Shown here piece after piece: positions 24,991-38,843 of a stretch of 64,000 nucleotides of DNA; position 1 is the stretch's first letter; the number at the start of each line of letters is the position of its first letter. Source of the stretch: Eledone cirrhosa (Eukaryota); NCBI GenBank assembly GCA_964016885.1, contig OZ024742.1, positions 25,110,001 through 25,174,000 on the forward strand, in the 5' to 3' direction. The notes beneath the pieces are model-generated. The model had not been told where the DNA came from. It made no database searches and saw only the letters and a list, made by a program, of their open reading frames with translations. The position numbers and the translations under genes were made by a program.

Positions 24991-26984
24991 TGAGAGTTAA
25001 TGATACTGAAGCATGTCTGGAATTGTTACCATTCTGTTAAAACATGAACAGGTTCACTTCTTGTACACTTTGATTAATAATACATTTTAATTAATTTCAA
25101 TTTCAGGCTCATCTCTGTTGCCTTTTTTCACTAACATTAGAAAATAATATAATAGGTATTTTTTCTCCACACAGGTGTAATTTATATTCTTGGCTCTGTA
25201 TACCAAGTATCCTTTTTAGAATTCTAATTAGTGCCTTTTCAATTCAAAGCAGTCTATAATTTACTGTTGTTTATAATCAATTAAGAATGTTTATAAAAAA
25301 AATTGCATGTGAATATAACCAATGATAGACTATGAGAACCCTCATACAGTAGCAGGCATCATCAAAGAATGAAGAGCCAGATTTGCAACATATTGCTGGA
25401 GAGCTAAAGATGAAATTATTAGTGTAATTCTTTTGTGGGATCCTACACAAGGTAAAGCTAGCAGGGGACAACAATCCAAGGCTTATAATAAACAGATTTG
25501 TGATACTATAAACTGCAATCCCTCTGCCCAATAGAATTGGATGGGGAACAGAAAGTCAAGTGAATCCATCCAAGCAGTGGGATCCAGAAGATTTGTGACA
25601 ACATAAACTGCAATCCTTCTGACCTGCCGAATATGATGAACAATAAAATTGGATGGCAATAGAGATTCATGGGAATACTTCCAAGCAGTGTGATCTATTT
25701 ATTATGAATGCTTTAAACTAGAAACAAGGATTGAGAGGATTCTTCAGTTGTGTTAAGGGCATGACAACTTATCTAGCTGCATGGAATATGCACCCAGTAC
25801 ACTGTGTAAAGTGGTTGGGGATAGGAACGGTATCTAGATGTAAGAAACCTATCAAAGAAAGGGCCGAGCAAACTCTTCAGCTGTGTCAAAGACATGACAA
25901 GCTCCCTAGTGCTGCTGCCATGATAAAATGTACTCAGTGCACTCTCTAGTGTAGAGGAAAGGATATAAGTGACATACATGCCCCTGGCCTATCTGAGAGA
26001 TCAAAATCTCCAATTAAGTAATGTCTTTGTCTGTCAACACATCCAGTCCTTGCTAGCAGGAAAAGCAGATGTTAAATGATGATGATGAAAAGGATGATGC
26101 TGATGATACAATGAAAAATGACATTAATTCTGTTTTAGATGTTTTCCAGAATATTGCTGATGCAAATAATGACAATATAATAAAATAATTGATAAAACAA
26201 ATACAATAGTAGATTGATCTAATATTGACTCAGTTTAAAGTTGTTCTTCATTCAACATGATTACTTTTTGTCTTTATATGACAAAAGAACATTTATCACC
26301 AGAAAATGATAATCCTTTAAATTTGCTTATAAAACCTAAAGCGCTGTCGACTAAAACTGCTACTTATTTATACATTTTTCTCCTTTGGAAATTGCTAATT
26401 TAGCAACAAAACACGTGCTTTCAGGTAAGTCAGGGTTTTAAAACTTATGTTTAACATGTTTTACAGGGTCATTTTAGGCTAAACTGCTGAAACATTTTCA
26501 CATGACAAAGATATTTTAGATTCAGCAGTCGCCAGCATTGTGGCTTTCAGAACAAAAAGAAATATTACAAAAAACTCCATATAGGATTATATACATACAT
26601 TGATGTATTTTTCTTTCTATTTCTTTTTTGAGTAAATTCCATTCATATCTTGTAATACTAAGTCAACTTGAATGGTGGTTTATTTTAGTGAATATGGACA
26701 GTTAAAAGACAAATTGATATCGGCAGGTTTTGGCCAGGACTAAATGCTACAAATTATTTTGTCTGGCTTTTGGTTGTTGAAAAATCGATAAAGAAATATC
26801 AACAATTTTCCAATATTGGAGGGTCTGGAATCACCTTTACTGTGGACAAAATTTTGATGGGAAACTTGAAATTCCAATTGCTGTAAGACTAGTTTATAGG
26901 GCGTTCTACATTTGATATTGAAAGTAGCTTTGGTCACTTTGATTATTTACACTTCACTTATTGGTGATGGTGCATGGTTTAGAG

Positions 26985-27648
26985 CAGGGGTCAGCAATTT
27001 CTTTCCCTGCATGGGCCGGATCAAGTATGAGTGATAGATAGCGGGCCAGACAAAGGCCATAAAAGAATAATTATGGAAAATTACACAAGCTGAAATTTAA
27101 TCACGAGTGTTGACTATACTTAAAAATAATTTGTGTTAACCACAGATGAATGTTGTCGGTTTCAGGAAATAGAGATGAGGGGTCACCATTGACGGAGTAA
27201 AGGCAGTACACCATCTGAGACAATTAACCCTTTAAGGCAGTCTTTTTATGTTCGTCAGCAGGCTCAAGTTGACTCTCAGTTTTTTGTTTTTACATGGGAG
27301 TGGTGATTGGGTAGAAATGTTTCAGAATTTTATTATTATTATTATTATTATTATTGTTATTATTTTTGTTCTGTGTTAGCGGAAATGATGTGCGGAATCC
27401 TGCATATGCAACAAATATTTTATTGCGTTTTTGCTGTCAAAGCATTCACATTCGGTTGGTGGTGAACAATATGTAGAGTGAATCAGAAAATTTGTGGAAG
27501 AATGTTATTGTATTTGAAAGTCTCGTCTCTCATATTACAATAAATTTAAATTTTAAATAAACAACTCATTGGGCATCAGTTCTTGCAGACCATCAAAATC
27601 CCTTTGCAGGTCGGAACTGGCCCACGGGCTGTAGGTTGCCGACTCCTG
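26985..27648. mobile_element. Non-autonomous hAT element inserted into a SINE head
   Basis: TIRs caggggtcagcaa / ttgccgactcctg, subterminal gggcc/ggccc motifs, 8-bp TSD gtttagag/gcttagag. Confidence 0.85.
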
Positions 27649-27962
27649 GCTTAGAGCATTGTCAGGTGGTGAGTTCAATTCCTAGATCAGGGGGTGTGTT
27701 GTGTCCTTGAGTAAGGCACTCTGTCATGTTACTCCAGTTTACTCAACTGTAAAAATGAGTTGCTAGGTCACTGTTGCCAAGCGTCATCAAACTTTATCAT
27801 TCCCTTGGACAACATCAGTGGTATGGAGACGGGAGACTGGTATGGATGCTGGTCTCTGACCAACAAAAAGAACAACAACACTTTCCCTCACTTTGTGCCT
27901 CAAAAGGGAACTTTCTAGGTGCAAAGCTCATGGTAATTCGTGATCGAAGGAGGTCTCTACCT
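27649..27962 (+). mobile_element. CORE-like SINE (head interrupted by the hAT element)
   Basis: B-box gagttcaattcc, core gtgtccttgagtaaggcact; tail shared with 31562-31865. Confidence 0.7.
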
Positions 27963-28074
27963 CTATCTGTGTATTGGTGGAGATATCCCAATTGTTTGAA
28001 ATTCTAATCTTATTTTGCTTAACTGTATCCCTAGTTATTGCTTATAACAAAGACGCGATGGTGGGATCAAATCA

Positions 28075-29270
28075 TATCATCATCATCACCGTTTTTCATT
28101 CATTCTTCCATGCTAGCATGGGCTAGACGGGTCGTCCTGCTATGGGGAATGCCAGGTCAGGTGACCATGTCTTGCTCATAAAGAACTGATTTTGGCTTCA
28201 TTTCTACAGCTGGATGCCCTTCCTAACATCAACCTCATTTACAGTGAGTACTGGGTGCTTTTTTACTGTGGCGCCTACATGACCACTTTACAGTGTGAAC
28301 TGGGTGACTTTTGTCCTGACATCTCCACAACCACTTTGCAGTGGTAGAGGGTGGGGGCATACTGTCTATATGCTTCAGCTTTCACTTGTTCCCGTGGGAA
28401 GTCAGGTCTTCTGTATTACTGTGTAATGGTCTTATGACATCGCCTATGAGAGGTGTAATTGGGTAAGGTCAGCTTTTATCACCTTATCACAGGTCTTCTT
28501 GGGTCTCCCCACTCCAAGGCTTCCATCAACTTTTAGTGCTCCTCATGCGCCTCTTTTTACGCAGCTGTCATCCTTCATATGCATCACATGTCCATACCAA
28601 TGTAATCTCCTCTCCTGCCAACAGCATTTGTTTATTCCTCTTATGCTTAGTCTCTCTCTCAATTTGCTTATGCTTTGCCGATCATGTATATTACACACCC
28701 ATCGGAGCATGCAAGCTTCGTTTCTTTCTAATCTATGCAAGTCTTCTGCACACAATGCCCAGGTCTCTGCTGTTCATATGCACACATCATGCAGTCTGCC
28801 TTTCACTTTGAGGGAAAAGCTTTCCACAGCTAACAGTGGTAGTAGCTCCCTGAACTTCTTACTCTGGTTACTGTACTTTCAGAACACCCACCTCTGCTGT
28901 TAATTCGGGCACCTAGGTAGCAAAATCTGTGTACTGTTTCTACAGAGCCTTCCCAGAATTTGGTAGTGCTTGTTTCCTGTGCTATAACTCTTTCTGTTAC
29001 TTTCATGACATGGTCCATCAGCTTTATACCAATATAGTTTTCTCTATCTAGTGCATCACCTTTATCCTTGTAGCATTTGACAATGATGCTGCTACACTAA
29101 TCATTTGGTATGATGCCCTCTAGTATTACTTGGTTAACAATACATGCGGTTATGGTGTTACCTACCGACCCAGATGCCTTCAGCATCTCAGCAGCTCTAC
29201 CCAATAGACCGGATGTTTTCCCAGTTTTCATATCCTTAATTGCCTTACTTACTAGACTGCTGTAAACTCA
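28075..29270 (-). mobile_element. Decayed RTE LINE 3' portion with ~400-bp 3' UTR
   Basis: Fragments GIKLMDHVMKVTERVI, FCYLG, MLRWVCN, RRLHWYGHVMHM, GRPKKT; internally deleted. Confidence 0.85.
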
Positions 29271-29279
29271 AATCCTTAT

Positions 29280-31545
29280 CATTCAAGAGAAGGTCAAACT
29301 GTAGAAAGAAACTGTGTTGTTTTAGTGCATAAACTTTGTTAAACCTATAGTATTGGTTTATCAGCAGTTTATGAAGCAAAGGCAAATCAACTATTGAAAT
29401 TCTATACAAGCAGTGTTTTCAAGAAGCGAATGAGCATTAGAAAAAAATAATGAAAGTTAGTAAAAATACTGAAATGACGTAGTGATAATGGAATGATTCC
29501 TACAATATAGCTGTGATGGAAGGGAATTGTCAGATTGGTTGATTTTGAAGCAGCCATAGTTGTTCCATGTGGGACTTAAATCAGAATATGATTGTGTAAT
29601 TGTGAAGGATGGATTTAAAAATTCAAGAAGCATGATGAAATTTCCTTTCACAAAGTAGGAGGAGAAACATTCTTTATGTAAACCAAGAAGGAGCTACTGT
29701 ATTAGGATGAATTTGCAAGATCATAACTAATGGGTACCTCAGTCATGAAACTGCCTTATATGGGCATTAAACACAGGGAAACAATAACCACAGAAGACAA
29801 TCCAACACCATGAATTTCAAACAATCAAAATACAAACTTACTATCATAGGGTACTCAAATGCTGTGGGTAAGTACAGATGTATAAGCTGTTAGTGATAGA
29901 AAAATGTAGATGCTCCAGAGCCTTGATAACCTTGGAAATAACCAAGTAATATACTGTTCAAATAAAAATGGCTGGATTACAACTAAAATTACCCTAGAAA
30001 CTTTCAAAAATATTCTGCATCAGAAGCTAGAGCTAATTCTACATCAGTAAGCTTACCAGAAGCCAAACAAAACTGTACATCTGTAGGTCTACCAGAAGCT
30101 GCATCAAATTCTAAACCTGTAAACTTACCAGAAAACAGGCCAAACTGTTCATTTGTAGAAGTCAAAGCTACCTCTACATATGTAGGCACACCAGAAGCCA
30201 TGGCAACTATATATCTGTAGGCATACTGGGCATTAGGTCTATCAGAGGTCATACAAAACTGTACATCTGAAGAAGTCAGAGCTAATTCTAGATATGTAGG
30301 AATACCAGAAGCCACAGCCAACTCTACATCTGTAAATCTACTATCTGCCACAGCCAATTATACATCTGTAGGCTTACTTGGCATTAGGTCTATCAGAAGC
30401 CAGACCCAACTGCACATCTGTAAGCCTTCCAGAAGCCAGATCAAATTGTACATTTTCAGGCCTACCAGAAGCCAGTCCACATTGTACAGCAGTAAGCCTA
30501 CCAGACACTATACCATATTGTACATCTGTAGGTATACCATACACCAAAACTAAATATACATCTGTAGATTTACCAGAAGCCAGAGCTAACTCTTCAGGTT
30601 TACTAGAAGCCAGACCAAATTGTACATCAGTAGGCCTCCCAAAAAACTGCAAATTATTCTTATTATGGACAACTATTCAGGACACTACTAGCCAGCAGTA
30701 GGTCACTAATCCAACTCCAAAATCAAAGAAAACTCTACTTTTCCTGAATCATAAATTAGATGTGGTGAATGTTGCAAATCTGCACTCAGACATTTATTAA
30801 TGGATTTAAGACAATAGATGTCCTGTTTATTGTGAGAAAACGATAGAAGGTAGAAGGATATACAGTAAAGAAAGCCTGACATAAGTTATAACCAGCCTTG
30901 ATGGTGGATAGTGCACATGGTGAATGTGCTGTAAAGATTTTACAGGCAATCAAATCATCATCATGATCATTAACATTTAATATCCATTTGCCTTGCTAGC
31001 ATGGGTTGACTAGATTGTCACAGATCAAGTCAGTACTTAACTAAAGCAAGTAACATCTCTGATGAGCTGGGGGCCACATCTCACATGCATTCCCACACTC
31101 TTTGTTTAGCAAACTTTCTATGGTAGGATGCCCTTCTTATCACCAATCACTTTATAGAATATACTGGGTGCATTTTATCCTGTCACCAACATTAGGAAGG
31201 TTGTTGTGTCTTTGATGCAACTGAAGCGTCCCTTTGATCTTTTGTTACTTGAGTATGAAAAACATGTTACAATATCTGTTGCCAAATATATAGTAAGTGA
31301 GCTTGATGAAGAAAATGTGGTTGAGGTGATGACTGTTAATGTAGAACCACCTGTTGTGTAACATCTTATAGACTCAGAAATTCTAGAGACTCTTCTAACA
31401 TTGATGAAAAATATAGGAAATGATGAAGACATTGATAAAGATGAAAGTATTTCCAATGATAAGTTGATTGAGGTTGTGAATGAATTAATAAAAAGTACCA
31501 CTTTGACAGACAAGAACTAATGCATTTGCATTTGTCGAATACACT
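29280..31545 (+). pseudogene. pogo/Tigger (CENP-B/Jerky-like) transposase fossil, frameshifted, interrupted by a SINE remnant (~30955-31230)
   Basis: Hand translation across frames gives YSIGLSAVYE, LLKFY, EGWI*KFKKH, ETALY, YKLLVI, YCSNKNGWIT, PEARxNCTSVGLPKNCK, MDNYSGH and an acidic C-terminus ELDEENVVEVM...HLIDSEI. Confidence 0.8.
30020..30642 (+). repeat. 36-bp codon-structured tandem repeat (PEARPNCTSVGL), ~17 diverged copies
   Basis: Recurring ccagaagccag...tgtacatctgtagg; ORF 30378..30701. Confidence 0.92.
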
Positions 31546-31561
31546 CACTCTATCTTTGTTC

Positions 31562-31865
31562 TGTGGCTTAATGGTTAAAGTGTTGGGCTTACAATTGTGA
31601 AGTTGTGAGTTTGATTCCTGAACTGGGCTGTGCATTGTGTCTTTCAGCGAGACATTTTTATTTCATGCTGCTCTACTTTACTCAGCTGGAAAAAATAAAT
31701 TGTGACATGACTGGTGCCAAGCTCTATCAGTCTTTGCCTTTCCCTTTGACAACATCAGTCGTGTGCAGAGTGGTGACTGATATTCATGGGAGACTGCTGG
31801 ATTTCCCTGAGTTTGTGCCTTGGGGGGTAACTTTCTAGGTGCAAACCCATAATCATTTATGAACA
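31562..31865 (+). mobile_element. CORE-like SINE, diverged
   Basis: tggcttaatggtt A-box, gagtttgattcc B-box, core remnant. Confidence 0.7.
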
Positions 31866-32519
31866 AAATTGTTTTTACGACTTTTGGAAACAACAGGGAA
31901 CAGATTTGAATTTTCGATACAGCTATTCCTTGACACACTCTCTCCCTCTCTCTCTGTGTAAATGATATATTTATATTTGAGATTTACACCTTTCATTGGA
32001 TACAATCATCTGTCAACTCTCATATTAACATTTTAACACCAGCACCTTTTATTCACTCATAAAACTTTCTAGAATTGTCCCATCACATGACAGCATGTAA
32101 TAAAACAAAATGAATATTTAACTCCAAGAAGAATTTTATAAATTCACATTTATTGAAATATTTGTTGATTTTTTTAATTATTATTTTATTCACCCAACTT
32201 TGCATATCCTTCTTGGTATTTCTGCCTAGCAACTCTCCTTGATATACCTTCTATCTAAGACACAATCTAGTTTTGTGTGTTCTTTACACACAAAAGAATC
32301 ATGTATTTACAAAGTATTTATCATTTAAGCTTGTATTCATTGACACTCACAAAATAAAAACAGCACTCAGCACAATACATCTTCTTTTATTAGTACAATT
32401 AACATATCTGTTATTGTGTAACCATCTTTTCTACATAGAAATGTTAAGTTGACCCTTTGTAGTGAAAATAATAGAGGTTGTAATTTAGTAAACAGTCTTC
32501 CTTGGTTGTTTAATATTAA

Positions 32520-32933
32520 CCCTTTAGCATTTAAACCAGCCATATCTGGCCAGAATTCTCTCACCTCTTTCTGTTCAAATTAGTTGTAACCTGCTGCTGA
32601 TACCGATGTTTAAGTATCGTTCTCAAAATAAATAACATCAAAATCTCATAGATTCAATATAATGTGAGATAATTTTGTAAAATAAAGCCTTTACAGTGAA
32701 AATACAATACTAAATATATTTGTTTCTACATTTGGCACAAGGCCAGCAATTATCCCAGTGCATTACTAGTGCTTTATTTTATCGACCCCATAAGGATGAA
32801 AGGCAAAGTTAACCTCGGTGGGATTTGAACTCAGACCATAAAGGGTCATAACTCTTTGCTGCAAAGCATGGCGTCAGACCCTCTACTGATACTGCCAATC
32901 CACAATACTAAATATAATGTAAATGTTAAAGGG
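32520..32933. mobile_element. piggyBac-type MITE containing a Meta-like SINE
   Basis: TTAA|ccctttagcattta ... taaatgttaaaggg|TTAA. The SINE at 32719-32901 has a 15-bp TSD acaatactaaatata. Confidence 0.85.
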
Positions 32934-33271
32934 TTAATGGACTGTCTTTTAGCCTTCCAATTTCCTTACATTGGAATTTTTTCTTTGCAGATATTCATAG
33001 GGAAAGATCAAAAGACATGAGGCCCTTTTGTTTGAATGAACTGTTTAAAAAGATATCCAAAAAAGAATGTGTTTTGTGGTTCCAACTTGAGATACTAAAG
33101 ATGGGACATCAGCAAAAATCTCAAATACAAACCACACCACACCTCCCCAGAGCTGACTGTAATCCTGACAGCCCTTAAATTACAGACTTCTGTGATTAAC
33201 TTTACAGTTCCAGTACTACACGAATCTAGGAACAGAAGTGGTACAACATTCTTGGAAAGTACAGCAAGTAT

Positions 33272-33455
33272 GGCGGTGGATTGACAGTAGAGTGTCTGAC
33301 ACCATGCTTGGCAGCAAAGAGATATGGCTCTTTACGGTCTGAGTTCAAATCCCACCGAGTTTAACTTTGCCTTTCATCTTTATGGAGTTGATAAAATAAA
33401 GTACCAGTAATGCACTGGGATAATTGCTGGCTTTGTGCCAAAAGTAGAAACAATT
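33272..33455 (+). mobile_element. Meta-like SINE
   Basis: Full head, core and tail. Confidence 0.8.
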
Positions 33456-33514
33456 CTTGGTAAGCAAAACAATTAAATTACTTGCAACTTTTGTTTAATC
33501 ATCTTGTTTAATTG

Positions 33515-34025
33515 CAGTATATACTTGAATATAAGCTGATCCAAATATAAGCTGACCCCTATTTTATATCTGAGAAATAGGCAAAAATCAAAACCCTGTT
33601 TTTAAGCTGAGGCAGCAAATCAATGCATTATGTTTAGCTGGAGTGGTTTCAAAATTCTCATGATTGGAGAATATATTAATGAAGTTTTAATATTTTGATA
33701 TTTAAAATGCTTTAAGTGTTGTATAGAGTATAGTTTTTGTTTCACATCTCCATTATGTTATGCTTTTTTTACCAATTTCAGATCGTTTTGAAGGTCATAT
33801 TTATTCAAAACACAAAAAGAGGTAACGTGAACTATTAATTTCACGTCAAAAGTGAAACTGATGTAATATTTACCGCCAAAGAGAAAATAATTAGCACCTC
33901 ATTTACATAGAATTTTGAAGATGATGAAAATCAGTGAAATATTGACCTCAAATATAATCCACCCTCTCCTTTTACCATCAATTATATGGTCACATATTTC
34001 TCAGCTTATATATGATTATATACAG
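33515..34025. mobile_element. Tc1/mariner-superfamily (Tc2/pogo-like) non-autonomous element, decayed
   Basis: Degenerate TIRs cagtatatacttgaatataagctga / tcagcttatatatgattatatacag, with a subterminal tataagctga repeat. Confidence 0.6.
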
Positions 34026-34177
34026 TAATCCTGTTTTACTAATACAGGTGTCTGTATAGTACAGAACCTTATACACTACAATAATTACATTTATGTTTAA
34101 ATTTTGTTGGTTAACCTTAAAACAATTACATTGTACAAGAGTCATGTTAACCTTTTCAGGACCCTAGAAATATATAT

Positions 34178-34368
34178 AATTGTTTCTACTTTTGGGACAA
34201 GGCCAGCAATTATCTCAGTGTATTACTGGTACTTTATTTTATCAACCCCGAAAGGATGAAAGGCAAAGTTAACCTCGGCGGAATTTGAGCTCAGACCACA
34301 AAGGGCCTTAACTCTTTGCTGCAAAGCATGGCATCCAACCCTCTACTGATACTGCCAATCCACCGCCC
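34178..34368 (-). mobile_element. Meta-like SINE
   Basis: Full length; flanked by the repeated ccctagaaatatatataat (TSD-like). Confidence 0.85.
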
Positions 34369-34394
34369 TAGAAATATATATAATGATCATTGTT

Positions 34395-36056
34395 TGTCTA
34401 TTTTATCATAGTACAGTCTATTTTGTCATAGTAGTCTATTCCGTCATAGTACAGTGTTTCATCATACTACAATATATTCTGTCATAGTACAGTCTATTCT
34501 GTCATAGTACAGTGTTTCATCATAGTACAATCTATTCTGTCATAGTACAATCTATTCTGTCATAGTACAGTCTGTTTCATCATAGTACAGTGTTTCATCA
34601 TACTACAATATATTCTGTCATAGTACAATCTATTCTGTCATAGTACAGTCTGTTTCATCATAGTACAGTGTTTCATCATACTACAATATATTCTGTCATA
34701 GTACAATCTATTCTGTCATTGTACAGTCTATTCCGTCATAGTACAGTCTATTCCATCATAGTACAGTCTGTTTCATCATAGTACAATCTATTCTGTCATA
34801 GTACAGTCTATTCTGTCATAGTACAGTCTATTCTGTCATAGTACAGTCTATTCCATCACAGTACAGTCTATACCATCATAGTGCAGTCTGTTTCATCATA
34901 GTACAATCTATTCTGTCATAGTACAGTCTATTCTGTCATAGTACAGTCTGTTTCATCATACTACAATCTATTCTGTCATAGTACAGTCTATTCTGTCATA
35001 GTACAGTCTATTCCATCATAGTACAGTCTGTTTCATCATAGTAAAATCTATTCTGTCATAGTACAGTCTATTCTGTCATAGTACAGTCTATTCCATCATA
35101 GTACAGTCTGTTTCATCATACTACAATCTATTCTGTCATAGTACAATCTATTCCATCATAGTACAGTCTATGCTGTCAGTACAGTCTGTTTCATCATAGT
35201 ACAGTCTATTCTGTCATAGTACAATATATTCTGTCATTGTACAGTCTATTCTGTCATAGTACAGTCTGTTTCATCATAGTACAATCTATTCTGTCATAGT
35301 ACAATCTATTCTGTCATTGTACAGTCTATTCCGTCATAGTACAGTCTGTTTCATCATAGAACAATCTATTCTGTCATAGTACAATCTATTCTGTCATAGT
35401 ACAATCTATTCTGTCATTGTACAGTCTATTCCGTCATAGTACAGTCTATTCCGTCATAGTACAGTCTTTTTCATCATTGTACAGTCTATTCTGTCATTGT
35501 ACATTCTATTCCGTTATTGTACAGTCTATTCCATCATAGTACAGTCTGTTTCATCATAGTACAATCTATTCTGTCATAGTACAGTCTATGCCATCATAGT
35601 ACATTCTATTCCGTCATTGTACAGTCTGTTTCATCATAGTACAATCTATTCCGCTATTGTACAATCTATTCCATCATAGTACAGTCTGTTTCATCATAGT
35701 ACATTCTATTCTGTCACAGTACAATCTATTTCATCATAGTACAGTCTGTTTCATCATAGTACAGTCTATTCCATCATAGTACATTCTATTCCGTCATTGT
35801 ACAGTCTATTATGTCATAGTTAAGTCTATTCTGTCATGGTACAGTCTATTCCATCATAGTACAGTCTATTCCGTCATTGTACAGTCTATTCCGTCATTGT
35901 ACTGTCTATTTTGTCATAGTACAGTCTATTTTGTCATTGTACAGTCTATTCCGTCATTGTACTGTCCATTTTGTCATAGTAAAGTTTATATCATCATATC
36001 ATAGTACAGTCTATTTTATCATAGTACAGTCTATTTTATCATAGTACTGTCTATTA
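34395..36056. repeat. 20-bp minisatellite, ~80 copies
   Basis: Unit gtcatagtacagtctattct with interspersed variants (ctgtttcatcat, caatctatt, ttccgtcattgt). Confidence 0.97.
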
Positions 36057-37143
36057 TAAAGTGTCAAAATATTTCCTCATGATTCTGTAACCATGTCAAT
36101 ACAATTACATGACATAAAATATGAACACATAAAAAACTGTTTAAATTTATTAAACATTATTAATGTGTAAAGCTATCAATTAAAAATATATATATATATA
36201 TGCATGTCTTCCTTTTAGCATGGGTTCTTTGACCCCTTGTGTCTTTAATATTTATTATTATATCCTTGAAAAGAAAATTGTCTTTGGCATTTTATGTGTT
36301 GAAGAATATTGGAGATTTCAAACAGAATTAGCAAATTTGGTTTTTTATTGGACATGAATAATTTATTAAAATTCGCCTGGGTGGGGAGAAGTCACACAGC
36401 CTGTGAACAGTATGTAATGAATCATTAGTATGGAAGTATGTAAGTGATATAATCAAGATAGTAAATTTGAATAATTTCATGTGGTATTTAGTGGAACTGT
36501 TGGTGATGCATTTATCAATATTTTAACCCATTTTTCTCAACTTATTCATGTTTTGTCATTTGAATTATCCTTATTGATTGTTTTCAAATTCAATTTACAC
36601 ATTCAGCAACTGAAACATTTAAATAACAGTTCTCTTTTATTTTCTTTACATTTCTATAAAGAAACTATTTACAACCCCAATTATGTTTCTTATATCCTTC
36701 CATATATAAGAATCAGGAACATCACTTTTCAGGACAAATGTTTGCCAGTTGTGTCTTGATTTTAAACTGTTTACTTTTATTGCAGAATATTCATTTTAGC
36801 CATGTCAGAACATATACCCTTTGTTGGCATTTCTTTTTGTTATGAAGTGTTTCCTCATAATTCTACGACATTGTCACTGATAGATTCACACTACATAAAA
36901 TATTTATGCATCACAAACTTGTTTAAAATTACTTCACATTATAGGTCAAATAAATTGCTTAACACTATCATCTTTTTAAAAATGATATTAGCAATTATTT
37001 GTTTAAATGTGGATGTACCCCCCCCCCCCCCCCACCTCCTTTTTTTTTTGTTAAATGTTCACATAGTTATATTTTGAATACCATAAATTAAAAATTTGCA
37101 ACTCTTAAAATGTTTTCATTTAAAAAAAGAGGAGAAAGAAGAA

Positions 37144-37870
37144 AGTAGAGGGTCGGACGCCATGTTTTCTAGCATGGTTAAGTCCCTTTACGATCTGAGT
37201 TCAAATCCCGCCGAGGTTGACTTTGCCTTTCATCCTTACGGGGTCGATAAAATAAAGTACCAGTAATTCACTGGGTAATTGCTGGCCTTGTGCCTAAAGT
37301 AGAAACAATTATTATTATTATTATTAACTTTGCCTTTCATCCTTACGGGGTCCATAAAATAAAGTACCAGTAATACACTGGGTATTTGCTGGCCTTGTGC
37401 CAAAAGTAGAAACAATTATCATTAGTGCGGTGGATTGGCAGTATCGGTAGAGAGTCGGACATCATGCTTTGCAGCATAGAGTTACGGCCATTTATTGTCT
37501 GAGTTCAAATCCCGCCGAGGTTAACTTTGCCTTTCATCCTTACGGGTTCGATAAAATAAAGCACCAGTAACGTACTGGGGTCGATTTAATCGACTTTCCC
37601 CTCCCCCAAAATTACTGGCCTTGTGCCTATAGTAGAAATCATTATTATTATTAATGATATAAAAAAATAAAAAAAAAACGGCGGTGAATTGGCAGTATCA
37701 GTAGAGGGTTGGACGCCATGCTTTTCAGCAGAGTTACGTCCCTTTACGGTTTGAGTTCAAATGCCTTCGAAGTTAACTTTGCCTTTCATCCTTACGGGGT
37801 CGATAAAATAAAGTACCAGTAATGTACTGGGTAATTGCTGGTCTTGTGCCAAAAGTAGAAACAATTATTA
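37144..37870 (+). mobile_element. Four head-to-tail Meta-like SINEs
   Basis: Copies start at about 37144, 37324, 37427 and 37679, each ending in agtagaaa(c/t)..(att)n. Confidence 0.88.
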
Positions 37871-37994
37871 TTAATATTGTTATTGTTATTATTATAATTT
37901 TAGATTAAAATATATATTGCTTGCATTTGAAGTATATAAATATATTTTGTTTGCATTTAAAATGTATAAATATATTTTGTGTACATTTAAAGCA

Positions 37995-38843
37995 TTAGCA
38001 TTTAAAATGGCCTTATCCAGCCAGAATTCTTACACCTCTTTCTGTTTAAACCAGCTGTAACTGTATACAGATGTTTAGGTATTGTTTTCAAAATAAATAA
38101 TATCAAAATCTCATAGATTCGATATTATGTGAGATATTATGTGAAAATATAGTAGGAAATATAATAGTAATTATGTGAAAATATAATAGTAAATATGTGA
38201 AAATATAATAGTAAATATAATAGTAAATATAAAAGTAATTATGTGAAAATATAATAGTAAATATAATAGTAAATATAAAAGTAATTATGTGAAAATATAA
38301 TAGTAAATATGTGAAAATATAATAGTAAATATAATAGTAAATATAAAAGTAATTATGTGAAAATATAATAGTAAATATAATAGTAAATATAAAAGTAATT
38401 ATGTGAAAATATAATAGTAAATATGTGAAAATATAATAGTAAATATAATAGTAAATATAAAAGTAATTATGTGAAAATATAATAGTAAATATGTGAAAAT
38501 ATAATAGTAAATATAATAGTAAATATAAAAGTAATTATGTGAAAATATAATAGTAAATATGTGAAAATATAATAGTAAATATAAAAGTAATTATGTGAAA
38601 ATATAATAGTAAATATGTGAAAATATAATAGTAAATATAATAGTAATTATGTGAAAATATAATAGTAAATATAATAGTAAATATAAAAGTAATTATGTGA
38701 AAATATAATAGTAAATATATGAAAATATAATAGTAAATATAATAGTAATTATGTGAAAATATAATAGTAAATAAAATAGTAAATATAATAGTAATTATGT
38801 GAAAATATAATAGTAAATATCGAGTAATGTAAATGCTAAAGAG
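37995..38843. mobile_element. piggyBac-type MITE with an internal AT-rich minisatellite expansion (~38140-38820)
   Basis: Ends match the 45557-45775 copy; right terminus taaatgctaaagag|TTAA. Confidence 0.8.

Noticed and set aside
26460-26940. Coding-like decayed sequence
   Set aside because: Multiple stops in the frames I translated and no family motif I can recognise.
30004-30652. Minus-strand LASGRPTDVQFG repeat proteins
   Set aside because: Antisense shadow of the + strand repeat, which is continuous with transposase motifs on both sides.
34395-36056. CRISPR or coding repeat
   Set aside because: Contiguous 20-bp units with no spacers; unit length is not a multiple of three.
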